NCBI GenBank assembly: GCA_963667565.1
Contig: OY763415.1
Location: forward strand, 1,664,001-1,728,000
Direction of reading: 5' to 3'
Origin: Acholeplasmataceae bacterium
GTDB taxonomy: Bacteria > Bacillota_I > Bacilli_A > Acholeplasmatales > Acholeplasmataceae
Length of the DNA: 64,000 nt
Below, in pieces: positions 42,788-52,240 of this stretch. The notes beneath the pieces are model-generated. The model was not told where the DNA came from. It was given only the letters and a program-made list of their open reading frames with translations, and did no database searches. Each line of letters starts with the position of its first letter. The stretch's first letter is position 1. The translations under genes and the position numbers were made by a program.

Positions 42788-43474
42788 ATGGACATAAAAA
42801 AAGATATCATTGGAATTGTAGGAGGTATGGGATCCTACGCTACTTTAAATATATTTAAAAGAATTTTGGATTCTTTTGAAGCAAAAAAAGAATGGGATAG
42901 ACCTAGAATTATCATCGATAATAATTGCACTCTCCCTTCTCGTTCAAGAGCGTTATTATATCATGAAAAATTTGAAGAAGTTGCTCATGGTTTAGCAAAT
43001 AGTGTAAAACACTTAATTGATGCAGGGGCGAATATCATTATTCTTGGCAGCAATACAGGACATTTGTTTTTAGATGAGATTTATAAAAGAGTGCCAGAAT
43101 CAAAAAAATATATCGTTAATTTCATAGAATTATTAGGTAGAGACGTTGCAGCTAATCATGTTGATGAAATATTACTCTTAGGAACTGAAGCTACAGTTGA
43201 TTTTAATATATATAAACACTTTTTAAAGGATATCAATGTAGTGACGCCGTCACAAGAAAAAGTTGAAGAAATTGACTATTTTATCGAGATTGTAAAACAA
43301 AATATCATAAAAGATAGTGATTATGATAAATTTAAAAATTTATTATTAAGTTTTGAGAATAAGAATATTGTTTTGGGTTGTACAGAATTACCAATCATGT
43401 TTGAAAAAATAAAAGGAGAAATTGACAAAAATATTTTTGATCCAATCAATTCGTTTATAAAATATATTAAATAG
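42788..43474 (+). CDS. Aspartate/glutamate racemase family protein
   Basis: IGIVGGMGSYAT, LLLGTEAT and VLGCTELP motifs; the first catalytic site reads GSNTGH. Confidence 0.85.
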   Translation: MDIKKDIIGIVGGMGSYATLNIFKRILDSFEAKKEWDRPRIIIDNNCTLPSRSRALLYHEKFEEVAHGLANSVKHLIDAGANIIILGSNTGHLFLDEIYKRVPESKKYIVNFIELLGRDVAANHVDEILLLGTEATVDFNIYKHFLKDINVVTPSQEKVEEIDYFIEIVKQNIIKDSDYDKFKNLLLSFENKNIVLGCTELPIMFEKIKGEIDKNIFDPINSFIKYIK

Positions 43475-43487
43475 AGGGATAAAATTT

Positions 43488-43883
43488 ATGAAAAAAGTGT
43501 TAACATTTGGGGTATTTGATTATTTGCATTATGGTCATTTAAAACTTTTTGAACGTGCTTTGGCATATGGTGATTATTTAATTGTTGCAGTTCAAAAAGA
43601 TGAAGAAATTCATAAGACTAAGCCTGAAGCAATCATGCTTTATGATTTAGAAAAGCGTATGGAATTTATAAGTGCTATTAAGTATGTCAACGAAACGATT
43701 CCATATACTCAAGTAGATCAAGATATTCAACAAATAGATTTTGATGTTTTAGTTTTAGGTGGCGATCAAAATCATCCTGGATTTCAAAGAGCATTTCAAT
43801 GGGCAGAAAAAAACAACAAGGAAATCATCAGATTGGAGAGAACACAAGGCATTAGTTCATCACAAATTAAAGGGGGTAATTAA
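43488..43883 (+). CDS. Cytidylyltransferase (glycerol-3-phosphate cytidylyltransferase/TagD-like)
   Basis: FGVFDYLHYGH (HxGH) and RTQGISSS motifs. Confidence 0.85.
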   Translation: MKKVLTFGVFDYLHYGHLKLFERALAYGDYLIVAVQKDEEIHKTKPEAIMLYDLEKRMEFISAIKYVNETIPYTQVDQDIQQIDFDVLVLGGDQNHPGFQRAFQWAEKNNKEIIRLERTQGISSSQIKGGN

Positions 43884-44860
43884 TGATGTTGTTTATAAAT
43901 CATTTTTTGACTGATGCTTCAGTCATAGCACTAACTTATTGGGGGGAAAAAGGTGTAGATATATTAACTGCATTAATCGCATCATTTACTACTGCAGCAT
44001 TAGTTGCATTGTTTCTAGATAAAGCCTTTAAAAGAAGTAAAAAATTAGGCGATAGCCTAGTAAAATCTGGTATTGATAAAATCGAGTATGTGAGCGGAAA
44101 GATGAGTAGAAGAGATCGCTCTATATTATTTGGATTAAATAACAAAACTAAACCTATTGAATTAAATCTTTGTTTTTTAACAGGAGATAATTTTTTTCTT
44201 GACTATTATGATTACTTGCAACAACTACTAGATAATGATTGCAAAATTAAACTCTTAATTGCTAATCCTTTTGATTCTAAAAGATATCAAAAATATCTAA
44301 AAAACATATCTGAAAGCTTTGATAAGAATACAAATGATTGTTGTGAAAAAGATAAAAAAGATATTGCAAATCTATATTATGAATATAGTATGTTTAAAAA
44401 TGAGAAACTTAATGATCTATGTTATCTTGAGAGAACCTATTTAATGGTTTCAAGCCAAATTATTGAAAACAAATCTGAAAGCAAGTTTAAAGATTTTTAT
44501 TTTAATCTTAATGAAGAAAGTAAACAAGAAGTTTGGTTAGAGCGTATCTCAAAAACTGGCGATCATATCATGCAAATTGCACTAGTGACAACACTTGTTA
44601 ATAAATTGAATAATGATTCAAAAGGGTCAAAAATTGAAATTGGTTACTATAAAGATGAGTATCGTATTCCAATAATACTTGCTAAATACAATAACCATGA
44701 TAGAGAAGAAATGTTTTTATGGACAAATATGAATGCACCTGTCAAGGAAACAACAAAATCTGTCAATGTTTTTGGAAAAGCGACCGAAAATGATGACTCA
44801 ACTTATATTACAGATGTAATGAAATCATTTGACTATTTATTTGATAGATATAAAAGATAA
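43883..44860 (+). CDS. Hypothetical protein, N-terminal TM plus possible inactive PLD-like domain
   Basis: TM segment, then LCFLTG...KIKLLIANP and IEIGYY...IPIIL pattern; TAATG coupling to the upstream gene. Confidence 0.5.
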   Translation: MMLFINHFLTDASVIALTYWGEKGVDILTALIASFTTAALVALFLDKAFKRSKKLGDSLVKSGIDKIEYVSGKMSRRDRSILFGLNNKTKPIELNLCFLTGDNFFLDYYDYLQQLLDNDCKIKLLIANPFDSKRYQKYLKNISESFDKNTNDCCEKDKKDIANLYYEYSMFKNEKLNDLCYLERTYLMVSSQIIENKSESKFKDFYFNLNEESKQEVWLERISKTGDHIMQIALVTTLVNKLNNDSKGSKIEIGYYKDEYRIPIILAKYNNHDREEMFLWTNMNAPVKETTKSVNVFGKATENDDSTYITDVMKSFDYLFDRYKR

Positions 44861-45019
44861 ATCAAAAATACGCTTTTGTTTTCTTGATTTTTGAATTTAA
44901 GGCTAATGAATCATAAGATTTAAACTATTTGTGAAGATATATATATGCAGAAATAAAGTAGCATATATCGACATATTCTCGCGAACAATGGATAATATAT
45001 AAAATATAGGTGGGGAATC

Positions 45020-45760
45020 ATGTACAAGAAATTTTTATTATATGTATATATTATTTTTATGTTGCTAATTATAAGCGCTTGTAACAACAGAGACCCATTT
45101 GACTCTGTTGTTTCAGGCGATTTTGTTTATATTAGATGGTCTATGTCAGAAGGTGAAGTCGCAATCATAGGTTTAAGTGATGAAGGCATAAATAAAGAGA
45201 CACTTATATTTCCATCAACACTTGATGGATATAGAGTCACTCAAATAGGTGATAAATTTGGACTTAAAGATAGTGGGACGCTATTTATTGAAAAAGCGCT
45301 AAACATATATTTTACTTCATCAATTACTCATGTGGTAACGAGTATTGACTACAAAAATATAGATACAACTTTAGAAATATATGTGTTTGTTGGTGGATCA
45401 AGCATCGAGTCTAGACTATACGCATGGACTTATCCATATTCAAACATCAATGTATATCTATCAGCATATGAATATTCAAATGTCATAGATGATGAAATTG
45501 TATATGGCAGATTTGTTTGCTCTAATGTTGAATATTATCTAGATAATGAACATGTGTATTTTGTTGATCATGCAGAAGGAAAAACAGTAAATACCATACC
45601 ACCAATCCCAAGTAAAGCTGGATACGTTTTTGATGGCTGGTACAAAGATGAGTCACTTAATCAACCTTTGAACTTTGATGAAGATACTATTCCAAATAAA
45701 GAGTTTGATGAACAAAATAGCGTTATAAACATAACAAAAATATACGCTAAATGGAAATAA
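45020..45760 (+). CDS. Lipoprotein with C-terminal InlB B-repeat
   Basis: Lipobox ISAC; PSKAGYVFDGWYKD...IYAKW. Confidence 0.75.
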   Translation: MYKKFLLYVYIIFMLLIISACNNRDPFDSVVSGDFVYIRWSMSEGEVAIIGLSDEGINKETLIFPSTLDGYRVTQIGDKFGLKDSGTLFIEKALNIYFTSSITHVVTSIDYKNIDTTLEIYVFVGGSSIESRLYAWTYPYSNINVYLSAYEYSNVIDDEIVYGRFVCSNVEYYLDNEHVYFVDHAEGKTVNTIPPIPSKAGYVFDGWYKDESLNQPLNFDEDTIPNKEFDEQNSVINITKIYAKWK

Positions 45761-45947
45761 ACTGCTTGTTTAAATCATAAAATCTACCACACACAATTCA
45801 TAATTAATATGCCAATATTATTGAAAAACATTAAGGATTTAGTGGAAGACAAAAATGAATAGATAATCATAAAATTAAATAAAAGTATAAATATTCTATT
45901 TTTTTGTTTCTAATGATAATTCAAAAAAACAGTCAGAAGGTGAGAAA

Positions 45948-46946
45948 GTGAAAGATAAATATCCTATTTATAATGGTAATGTTGTAACAACTAATTTTTT
46001 CTCTTATTTAAGAAAAAGAAAAATCACTCAAAAAAAATATGCTATCGATAACAATTTGGATCCCTCAATACTATCAAAATGGAAAAGTGGAGATTCACAA
46101 TTGACAATTGAACAGGTTAGGCAAGCTGCTAAATATTTTGGAATAACTGCAAATGATTTAATGTATTCAGATATAGAAAAAATGAGATTGGAAGTCATTG
46201 CAGATAAATCATATGACCCTATATTAGCACAGCAATCGATAGACATATTGCTTTTTAGAGACACATTCGAAAAACCAATAAAAATCATATTATTCTGTTT
46301 ATTTGTTTTCCCACTTATTGCACTTATTATCTATCTCTTTAGAAACCAATCTGTCTATTATTCGTTACTAATGCCACTTGCAATACCACTCTGTGTATTA
46401 GTCATAAAGAGAAATTCATATGAAAATAGAACGTTTATTATTAATTACTTGGATCAATTATTTTATAAAAGAGAAGATACAAAGAATCATTTCTATTTCT
46501 TAAGTATAACAATAAGAATAATTTCTTTTTTATTGGTAGCTTATATCATGAACAAAGTAGCGATTAATTTTGCAACGACAGATGAATTTAACCAATCTTT
46601 ACTTATTGCATTATTGATTATTTTGATGATGTCAGTTTTTAGTGTTATTTTAGAATTTTTTAGTTTACCTATAAATTTCAAACTTGAAATTTATGATAAT
46701 GAAATTGAAGGATATAATACAACTCGGTTGACACTGTTGATTCATTTTTCAGTATTTTCAGTTTTGGGTTTATTATTTTTAAGAGACTCTCAAGTATATT
46801 TGCAATTATTTTGCATTAGTTGTGCAATCTTATCGATAAATTTAATTGATTTTATCAAGATTTCAAAAGAATATTCTAAATATGAATTAGTTTATAAAGA
46901 AAACGAAAAAGAAGCAAGAAAATTATTTCCAAACATCATTGAATAA
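45948..46946 (+). CDS. XRE-HTH regulator fused to multi-TM domain
   Basis: ITQKKYAIDNNLDPSILSKWKSG HTH plus about six TMs. Confidence 0.75.
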   Translation: MKDKYPIYNGNVVTTNFFSYLRKRKITQKKYAIDNNLDPSILSKWKSGDSQLTIEQVRQAAKYFGITANDLMYSDIEKMRLEVIADKSYDPILAQQSIDILLFRDTFEKPIKIILFCLFVFPLIALIIYLFRNQSVYYSLLMPLAIPLCVLVIKRNSYENRTFIINYLDQLFYKREDTKNHFYFLSITIRIISFLLVAYIMNKVAINFATTDEFNQSLLIALLIILMMSVFSVILEFFSLPINFKLEIYDNEIEGYNTTRLTLLIHFSVFSVLGLLFLRDSQVYLQLFCISCAILSINLIDFIKISKEYSKYELVYKENEKEARKLFPNIIE

Positions 46947-47022
46947 TCATCAATTTTGACTCAATTAATTGAAGTGTTTTCAATTGGTATATCTTATTTA
47001 TAAATAAAAGTATAAACTTTTA

Positions 47023-47039
47023 CTGACAAGACATGTCAG
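47023..47039. promoter_or_regulatory. Palindromic operator candidate
   Basis: CTGACA-AGACA-TGTCAG about 40 bp upstream of ORF 47080. Confidence 0.5.
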
Positions 47040-47079
47040 ATTTAGAGTTTGATATATTTTTATAGAAAGGAGATATAAA

Positions 47080-47460
47080 ATGAAAACACTTTTTAAATTA
47101 TCGCATTTACTAATTGTAGGATTATTTGTTATCACAGGGAACGATACATATGACTTGATTTTAGGTGCAGCAATTGCTGTGATAGCATATGTCTATGCAT
47201 TCACTATTACTAGAAGATATTCAAATAGTTTGGGATATAATTCAATACTTATGAGTTTTGTACATTGGTCAGTAAGAACGATTATATCAATTATGATGAT
47301 AGTTATAACAAGACCGATTTATATAATTGTGAAATCTATGGTAGGATTAACTAATGTTGATTTAACCGATTTAATTTCTGTTGTGATATGTGCAGCAGTA
47401 TGGATTTTTGTTGCTGAAACAGTGAAATCCATTACGGGATTAAGAAAAAATTATTGGTAA
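47080..47460 (+). CDS. Hypothetical membrane protein
   Basis: 126 aa, four hydrophobic segments; RBS AAGGAG. Confidence 0.7.
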   Translation: MKTLFKLSHLLIVGLFVITGNDTYDLILGAAIAVIAYVYAFTITRRYSNSLGYNSILMSFVHWSVRTIISIMMIVITRPIYIIVKSMVGLTNVDLTDLISVVICAAVWIFVAETVKSITGLRKNYW

Positions 47461-47492
47461 ATCATCAAATCAGTTAAGGAAAGGAGGAAAAT

Positions 47493-47666
47493 GTGAAAAA
47501 CATATTAGTATCTGCAGTTTTAATCACCATATTAGGAATTGTAGTCACAGGGTCTATAGATGTTACAAGTTTAATTGATTTTATAGGAAATATTATACAT
47601 TTATTAGGAATAATTATAAGTTTTATAATTCAAGTAATTATTAAAATTATTGAAGCTTTATTGTAA
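47493..47666 (+). CDS. Unannotated 57-aa hydrophobic peptide
   Basis: Strong RBS AAGGAGG, GTG start; MKNILVSAVLITILGIVVTGSIDVTSLIDFIGNIIHLLGIIISFIIQVIIKIIEALL*. Confidence 0.65.
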   Translation: MKNILVSAVLITILGIVVTGSIDVTSLIDFIGNIIHLLGIIISFIIQVIIKIIEALL

Positions 47667-47706
47667 CAATTTCAGGAGACAATTATGAGATATAAAAAGA
47701 AAAAAT

Positions 47707-47742
47707 AGCCAGTATTTTCATGATGAGAAGCTGGTTTTTTTT
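47707..47742 (+). terminator. Probable intrinsic terminator
   Basis: AGCCAG...CTGGTT followed by a long T tract. Confidence 0.6.
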
Positions 47743-47991
47743 ATGCCATTAAATCAAAAATTAGTATTTATATTTAGGTTGAACAGTTTATTAATAAATA
47801 AAAGTTGCCATTAAAAACTGCAGCAATCTTTTGACATTGCATCGGTTATATCCCCTTACTTGATTTCACAAGATTACCAGTAACTACACTTTCTTTTTTT
47901 ACTTTTAACCATATATATTTTAAATATGTTCACTAAGAGATTCCATAAAACTACTGATTTATGAAAAAACCTTATCTCAAGAAAATAAATG

Positions 47992-48109
47992 TGATACAAT
48001 ATATTTGCGGAACGTAAATAAAATGGGTGTATACCTTCGTTCCGCAAACTATGGGTATACATCCACCTTAAAAATAAGTGAACAAAATCTGTTTGCTTTT
48101 TTATTTTTT
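47992..48109 (+). ncRNA. Candidate ~100-nt sRNA with alternative hairpins, antisense to the downstream leader
   Basis: Extended -10 TGA-TACAAT; TTTGCGGAACG/CGTTCCGCAAA and TGGGTGTATACC/GGTATACATCCA stems; terminator AGTGAACA-AAATC-TGTTTGCT-TTTTT. Confidence 0.5.
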
Positions 48110-48111
48110 AG

Positions 48112-48345
48112 TGCTATAATGAAGTTGCGGAACGAAGGCGGTCATCGTTTTTATATAAGACCGAACACCCAAAAAGGTTATTAATTCTAGAAAGATAATC
48201 TGAGTAGGAAATATACCTATAGGCACACATTGAATCATGTGTAAGAAACGACAGTATAAGAAAATTCATTACTATGAGTATTTTTTCGTTTTTACATATT
48301 TGCCTAATTCACCAAATACTTATAATAATATTTTCTTCTGATCAT
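48112..48345 (+). promoter_or_regulatory. Promoter and long structured 5' leader of the viperin operon
   Basis: TGC-TATAAT (48112-48120); stems CGGTC/GACCG, TAGG/CCTA, TAGGCA/TGCCTA and ATGTGTAAGAAACGA/TCGTTTTTACATAT. Confidence 0.5.
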
Positions 48346-48361
48346 CCAAAAGGAGAGAAAA

Positions 48362-48829
48362 ATGAAATATTATTTAGTTACATGTAAGTTTGGACACGTG
48401 GGCAGAGATAAGTATCTCCCATTAGACATTCCAATTATTGCAGATTCAATTAAAGAAGCTAGTTTTTATGCAAAAAATAAAGGTGGCGTAAAAAAAGATC
48501 ATAAGGATTGGTGTTTAAGAGGACCTATAGAGGTTAGTAAAGAAATATTTGATAATGCTTTGCTTTCTTTTAAAAATGATATCTATTTTGAAAAGCATAG
48601 TAGACAACGGTTATATTTATTTGAAGATAGACTGATTGATGAAAAAAATTACACGAGAATTAACAACAGCAAAACAAACACTAAAATATATAAGAAAAAA
48701 CGAAGTAAAAGAGTTGTTGAATTTAGAAGAAGGAAACAATCAGAAATCATCAAAACATTGATGAATGAACAGGTATATGCTTTGCAACATTTTAGAAATT
48801 CTAATGTATTAATTGGGAGGGAAAATTGA
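48362..48829 (+). CDS. Basic hypothetical protein (GHVGR motif), first gene of viperin operon
   Basis: RBS AAGGAG; very Lys/Arg-rich C-terminus; TGATG overlap with the viperin gene. Confidence 0.75.
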   Translation: MKYYLVTCKFGHVGRDKYLPLDIPIIADSIKEASFYAKNKGGVKKDHKDWCLRGPIEVSKEIFDNALLSFKNDIYFEKHSRQRLYLFEDRLIDEKNYTRINNSKTNTKIYKKKRSKRVVEFRRRKQSEIIKTLMNEQVYALQHFRNSNVLIGREN

Positions 48830-49677
48830 TGAATACATATCATGTGATTAATCTTCATCTAACTGAGGCTTGTAATTACAATTGTGTCCACTGCTTTGCA
48901 AAATTTAATGTTAGCAATGAGTTAGGAATCAGTGAATGGAAAGATGTGGTTGATCGTATCAAATTATATTTTGATGAACAGCATATCGTTTATGGAAGAA
49001 TTAATCTTGCAGGAGGTGAGCCACTTCTTGTAACATACATTGATGAATTGATTGAATATATTAATTCACTTAACATAAAAGTATCCATTATTACAAATGC
49101 TTCTAGATTAACTAGACAAATACTTGATAATTGGACAGGAAAAGTGGAAATGCTAGGGATTAGTATTGATTCACTTAATGATGATACTAATATTGCGATT
49201 GGAAGACATTTTAGAAATCAAACACTTAAATATGATTCACTAATTGATTTGATGAATTATGCTAAACAAAAAGGTATGCTTATTAAAGTGAATACTGTTG
49301 TATCAAAATTAAATTTGAAAGAAGATATTAAACATTTATATGAAGACGTAGCTTTCGATAGAATTAAAGTGTTACAAATGCGTATTAATCAAAACTGTAA
49401 TGAATCTGCTAAACATTTATCAATTACAAACTGTGAATTTAAAGAGTATCTTCAAAGGCTTAATATGAATAATATCATTATAGAACATGAAAACGAGATT
49501 GATTCAGCATATATATTTATTGATCCAAAAGGGAATCTAGTATCAAATACAGATCATTTACATCAAAAAGTTGGATCTATATTTGATGAAAATTTAGGTG
49601 AACTAATTTTTAATGCGCATATTAATAATGAAAATTATAATAAAAGATATTTAAAGGGGAACATAAATGAATCTTAA
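48829..49677 (+). CDS. Prokaryotic viperin (pVip; radical SAM antiviral enzyme)
   Basis: INLHLTEACNYNCVHCFAKF (CxxxCxxC), INLAGGEPLL, SIITNAS, GISIDS...NIAIGR, KVNTVVSKLN and YIFIDP.G align with the viperin/RSAD2 motif series. Confidence 0.85.
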   Translation: MNTYHVINLHLTEACNYNCVHCFAKFNVSNELGISEWKDVVDRIKLYFDEQHIVYGRINLAGGEPLLVTYIDELIEYINSLNIKVSIITNASRLTRQILDNWTGKVEMLGISIDSLNDDTNIAIGRHFRNQTLKYDSLIDLMNYAKQKGMLIKVNTVVSKLNLKEDIKHLYEDVAFDRIKVLQMRINQNCNESAKHLSITNCEFKEYLQRLNMNNIIIEHENEIDSAYIFIDPKGNLVSNTDHLHQKVGSIFDENLGELIFNAHINNENYNKRYLKGNINES

Positions 49678-52240
49678 ATTAAAAATAGCGTATAGCGAAA
49701 ATAACGAATTTCAAAATTTGCAGGATGCTTCAAACCAATTGATGACATTAACTAATAATAATTCGATTAAATGCAAAGTCTCAACAAAAAGATTAGAGAT
49801 TGAAAGAGATAGGAAAGATGAAAGAGATATAAGAAGTATTAAAAGAGTAGAAATGACGCTCAAATTACCTGATGGGTTTTTAATTTTAAGAGGGCACCTT
49901 GGATGCTCATTTAGAAGACCATTTGGTGGAGAATTCTATATGTTGGACTATAAAGTTATTCCTAATGGTGTGTTTGAAGATTTGGGTGGTGTTGAAATAG
50001 ATATTCAATTTGATAACATGTTTCCGACAGAAATTACTCCCATGTTCAACGCTTTAAATGAAATTGTTAATGACAATAAATTTTTATTTAATATAGGGCA
50101 ATTTGATGAATTTATGGAAGTCTTTAAATTCTATAAAAAAATATCGGATGAAATCAATAATAGTGCAACCTTTGAAATTATTGATTCATCCCAACCATAT
50201 TACTTTATATCAGTAGATACTAAAGAACTTTATGATGAGAATGGATTAGTATTAATGATATATACAGGAATTGAAAATTTTAATGATAGCGAAGATATTA
50301 TCAAAGGTTATAAAGTTCCTGAATATGTATATGATAAATTTAATAATGAATTAAAAGAAAAGACTTATAAACTATGCGATATTGTCATAAAAAACGAAGA
50401 ACAAGCAATTCGTAAAATACGTAGAATGTCAGACAATTTATATGTAAGCAATATGCTTGTTGTCAATGAGCAGCAAGCAAAAAAATTACATGAAGTTGAA
50501 TTAATGAATATCCTAGTTAAAAAAGATATGATTATTCTAAGCGTTTTTGAAGATACATATATAGACGAAAGATATTTAAATCTATATGACATGGGACAAA
50601 AAATTAAGATAGAGTCAATTGAAGACTCACTTAAGCTTATTAGTCAAGGCGATACAGGAGCAGCAATGCCAAAAATCAAGTACCTCATAGGTGATGACGA
50701 TATGCCAAGTGAATCAAAAAAAACAGAAAAGGTCCAAAAGTTTATTTCAGATGAATTAAGAAAAGCTCCAATCAAATCTGAATATACTAAAAACTTAAAT
50801 GAGTCACAAACACTTGCCTTTTTAAAAGCAGTTGATGGATCACCTGTAACTTTAATTAAAGGCCCTCCAGGAACTGGAAAAACGCACGTTATTAATGCAA
50901 TTACGCAATATATAACTAAAGAATTAAACGAAAAAGTTGTAATTTCATCTCAAACACATGTTGCTATTGACAACGTATTAGACAAATTGATGGAAAATCA
51001 CGACTTAATTATTCCCAACAGAATTACCAACAGAAGAAATAAATATAGTATGGATGAAATTGATAAAACGTTGTATAAAACTTGGGGAATGAAATTGACT
51101 AATCATTTAAGTCAAACAAAAAATAAGAAACTCGCATATGCCATTATTAAGGATTTGAAAAATTTCAATGGATTAAATGAAATTCAATACTCAAAAAACA
51201 TGAAAGAAGAATTTTCAGTCATTGGGGCAACTACTACAACAGCTGCTATTGGTGGTAATAAAGGAAGAACATTGCTTAAAGATTATCAATGGCTAATCAT
51301 TGATGAAGTATCAAAATCTCCAATCACAGAAGTCTTAAGATATTTACCGTATGTAGATAAAATAATTCTAGTAGGAGATGACTATCAATTATCTCCACTT
51401 CTTGAATTTAATAAAGAAGATGTTAAGCATCTACCTTCTTACGATGAAGAAATGTTTGATCGTTTACAAACGATATATGAGCAATCTGTTTTTTCTAAAA
51501 CAATCAAAAAAGCCGAAAAAGCAGGAAGACTGATTTTACTTAATGAAAATTATAGATCTCTAAAACCAGTTCTTAATCTATATAATGTGTTTTATGATGG
51601 TGCATTACATAATATGAGAGAACAAGTTAATCCAGAAATTATACAATTTAACGATAAAGCGATTTTAAGTAATGATAGTCATGTTTTCTTTGTAGAAGCA
51701 CTAGGTGGTAGTGAACAAGATGACAAGAAAACACATTCACGTTATAACATTCAGGAAGCTGTTGCAACAGCAAGAATTTTAGAAGATATACTAGAAAATG
51801 TTATTAATCCAAAATCTGTAACAGCTGCAGCTATTTTCCCATATGCAGCTCAAATCCAATACTTTACCAAAGAGTACAAAGAATTGATTAACAAGGCAAA
51901 AATAAACTTGAAAAGTTTTGAAATTGATACTGTAGATGCTTTTCAAGGAAGAGAGACAGATATTGTGTTAGTCAATACAGTAATTACTAGATTTGAAAAA
52001 AGGAATTTTTTAAGAGATTTTAGACGAATTAATGTATCAATGTCAAGAGCAAAAGATAAACTTATTGTTTTTGGTTCAAGAAATTTAGTGAAACTTGAAA
52101 TGGATACACCAGAAGGTGGAACCAGACAATACTTCAATGAGATTATTAGTAATATAAAACAAAATGGAAAGCAAATTATAATTAATCAAAAGGGGGATGT
52201 AGTTAATAATGAAAGTAACAGTAAATTTAAATTTGCCTAA
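49667..52240 (+). CDS. SF1 helicase (UPF1/DNA2-like AAA_11/AAA_12)
   Basis: GPPGTGKT, IIDEVSK, VGDDYQLSP, ENYRS, TVDAFQGRE and RRINVSMSRAK motifs. Confidence 0.9.
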   Translation: MNLKLKIAYSENNEFQNLQDASNQLMTLTNNNSIKCKVSTKRLEIERDRKDERDIRSIKRVEMTLKLPDGFLILRGHLGCSFRRPFGGEFYMLDYKVIPNGVFEDLGGVEIDIQFDNMFPTEITPMFNALNEIVNDNKFLFNIGQFDEFMEVFKFYKKISDEINNSATFEIIDSSQPYYFISVDTKELYDENGLVLMIYTGIENFNDSEDIIKGYKVPEYVYDKFNNELKEKTYKLCDIVIKNEEQAIRKIRRMSDNLYVSNMLVVNEQQAKKLHEVELMNILVKKDMIILSVFEDTYIDERYLNLYDMGQKIKIESIEDSLKLISQGDTGAAMPKIKYLIGDDDMPSESKKTEKVQKFISDELRKAPIKSEYTKNLNESQTLAFLKAVDGSPVTLIKGPPGTGKTHVINAITQYITKELNEKVVISSQTHVAIDNVLDKLMENHDLIIPNRITNRRNKYSMDEIDKTLYKTWGMKLTNHLSQTKNKKLAYAIIKDLKNFNGLNEIQYSKNMKEEFSVIGATTTTAAIGGNKGRTLLKDYQWLIIDEVSKSPITEVLRYLPYVDKIILVGDDYQLSPLLEFNKEDVKHLPSYDEEMFDRLQTIYEQSVFSKTIKKAEKAGRLILLNENYRSLKPVLNLYNVFYDGALHNMREQVNPEIIQFNDKAILSNDSHVFFVEALGGSEQDDKKTHSRYNIQEAVATARILEDILENVINPKSVTAAAIFPYAAQIQYFTKEYKELINKAKINLKSFEIDTVDAFQGRETDIVLVNTVITRFEKRNFLRDFRRINVSMSRAKDKLIVFGSRNLVKLEMDTPEGGTRQYFNEIISNIKQNGKQIIINQKGDVVNNESNSKFKFA

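Noticed and set aside
47874..48062. 62-aa minus-strand ORF over the repeat region
   Set aside because: No convincing RBS or protein motif; the region is better explained by + strand promoters and RNA stems.
47992..48345. Possible retron msr-msd or CRISPR mini-array
   Set aside because: No reverse transcriptase or cas gene in the window; only three short GCGGAACG units, one inverted, with no repeat-spacer periodicity.
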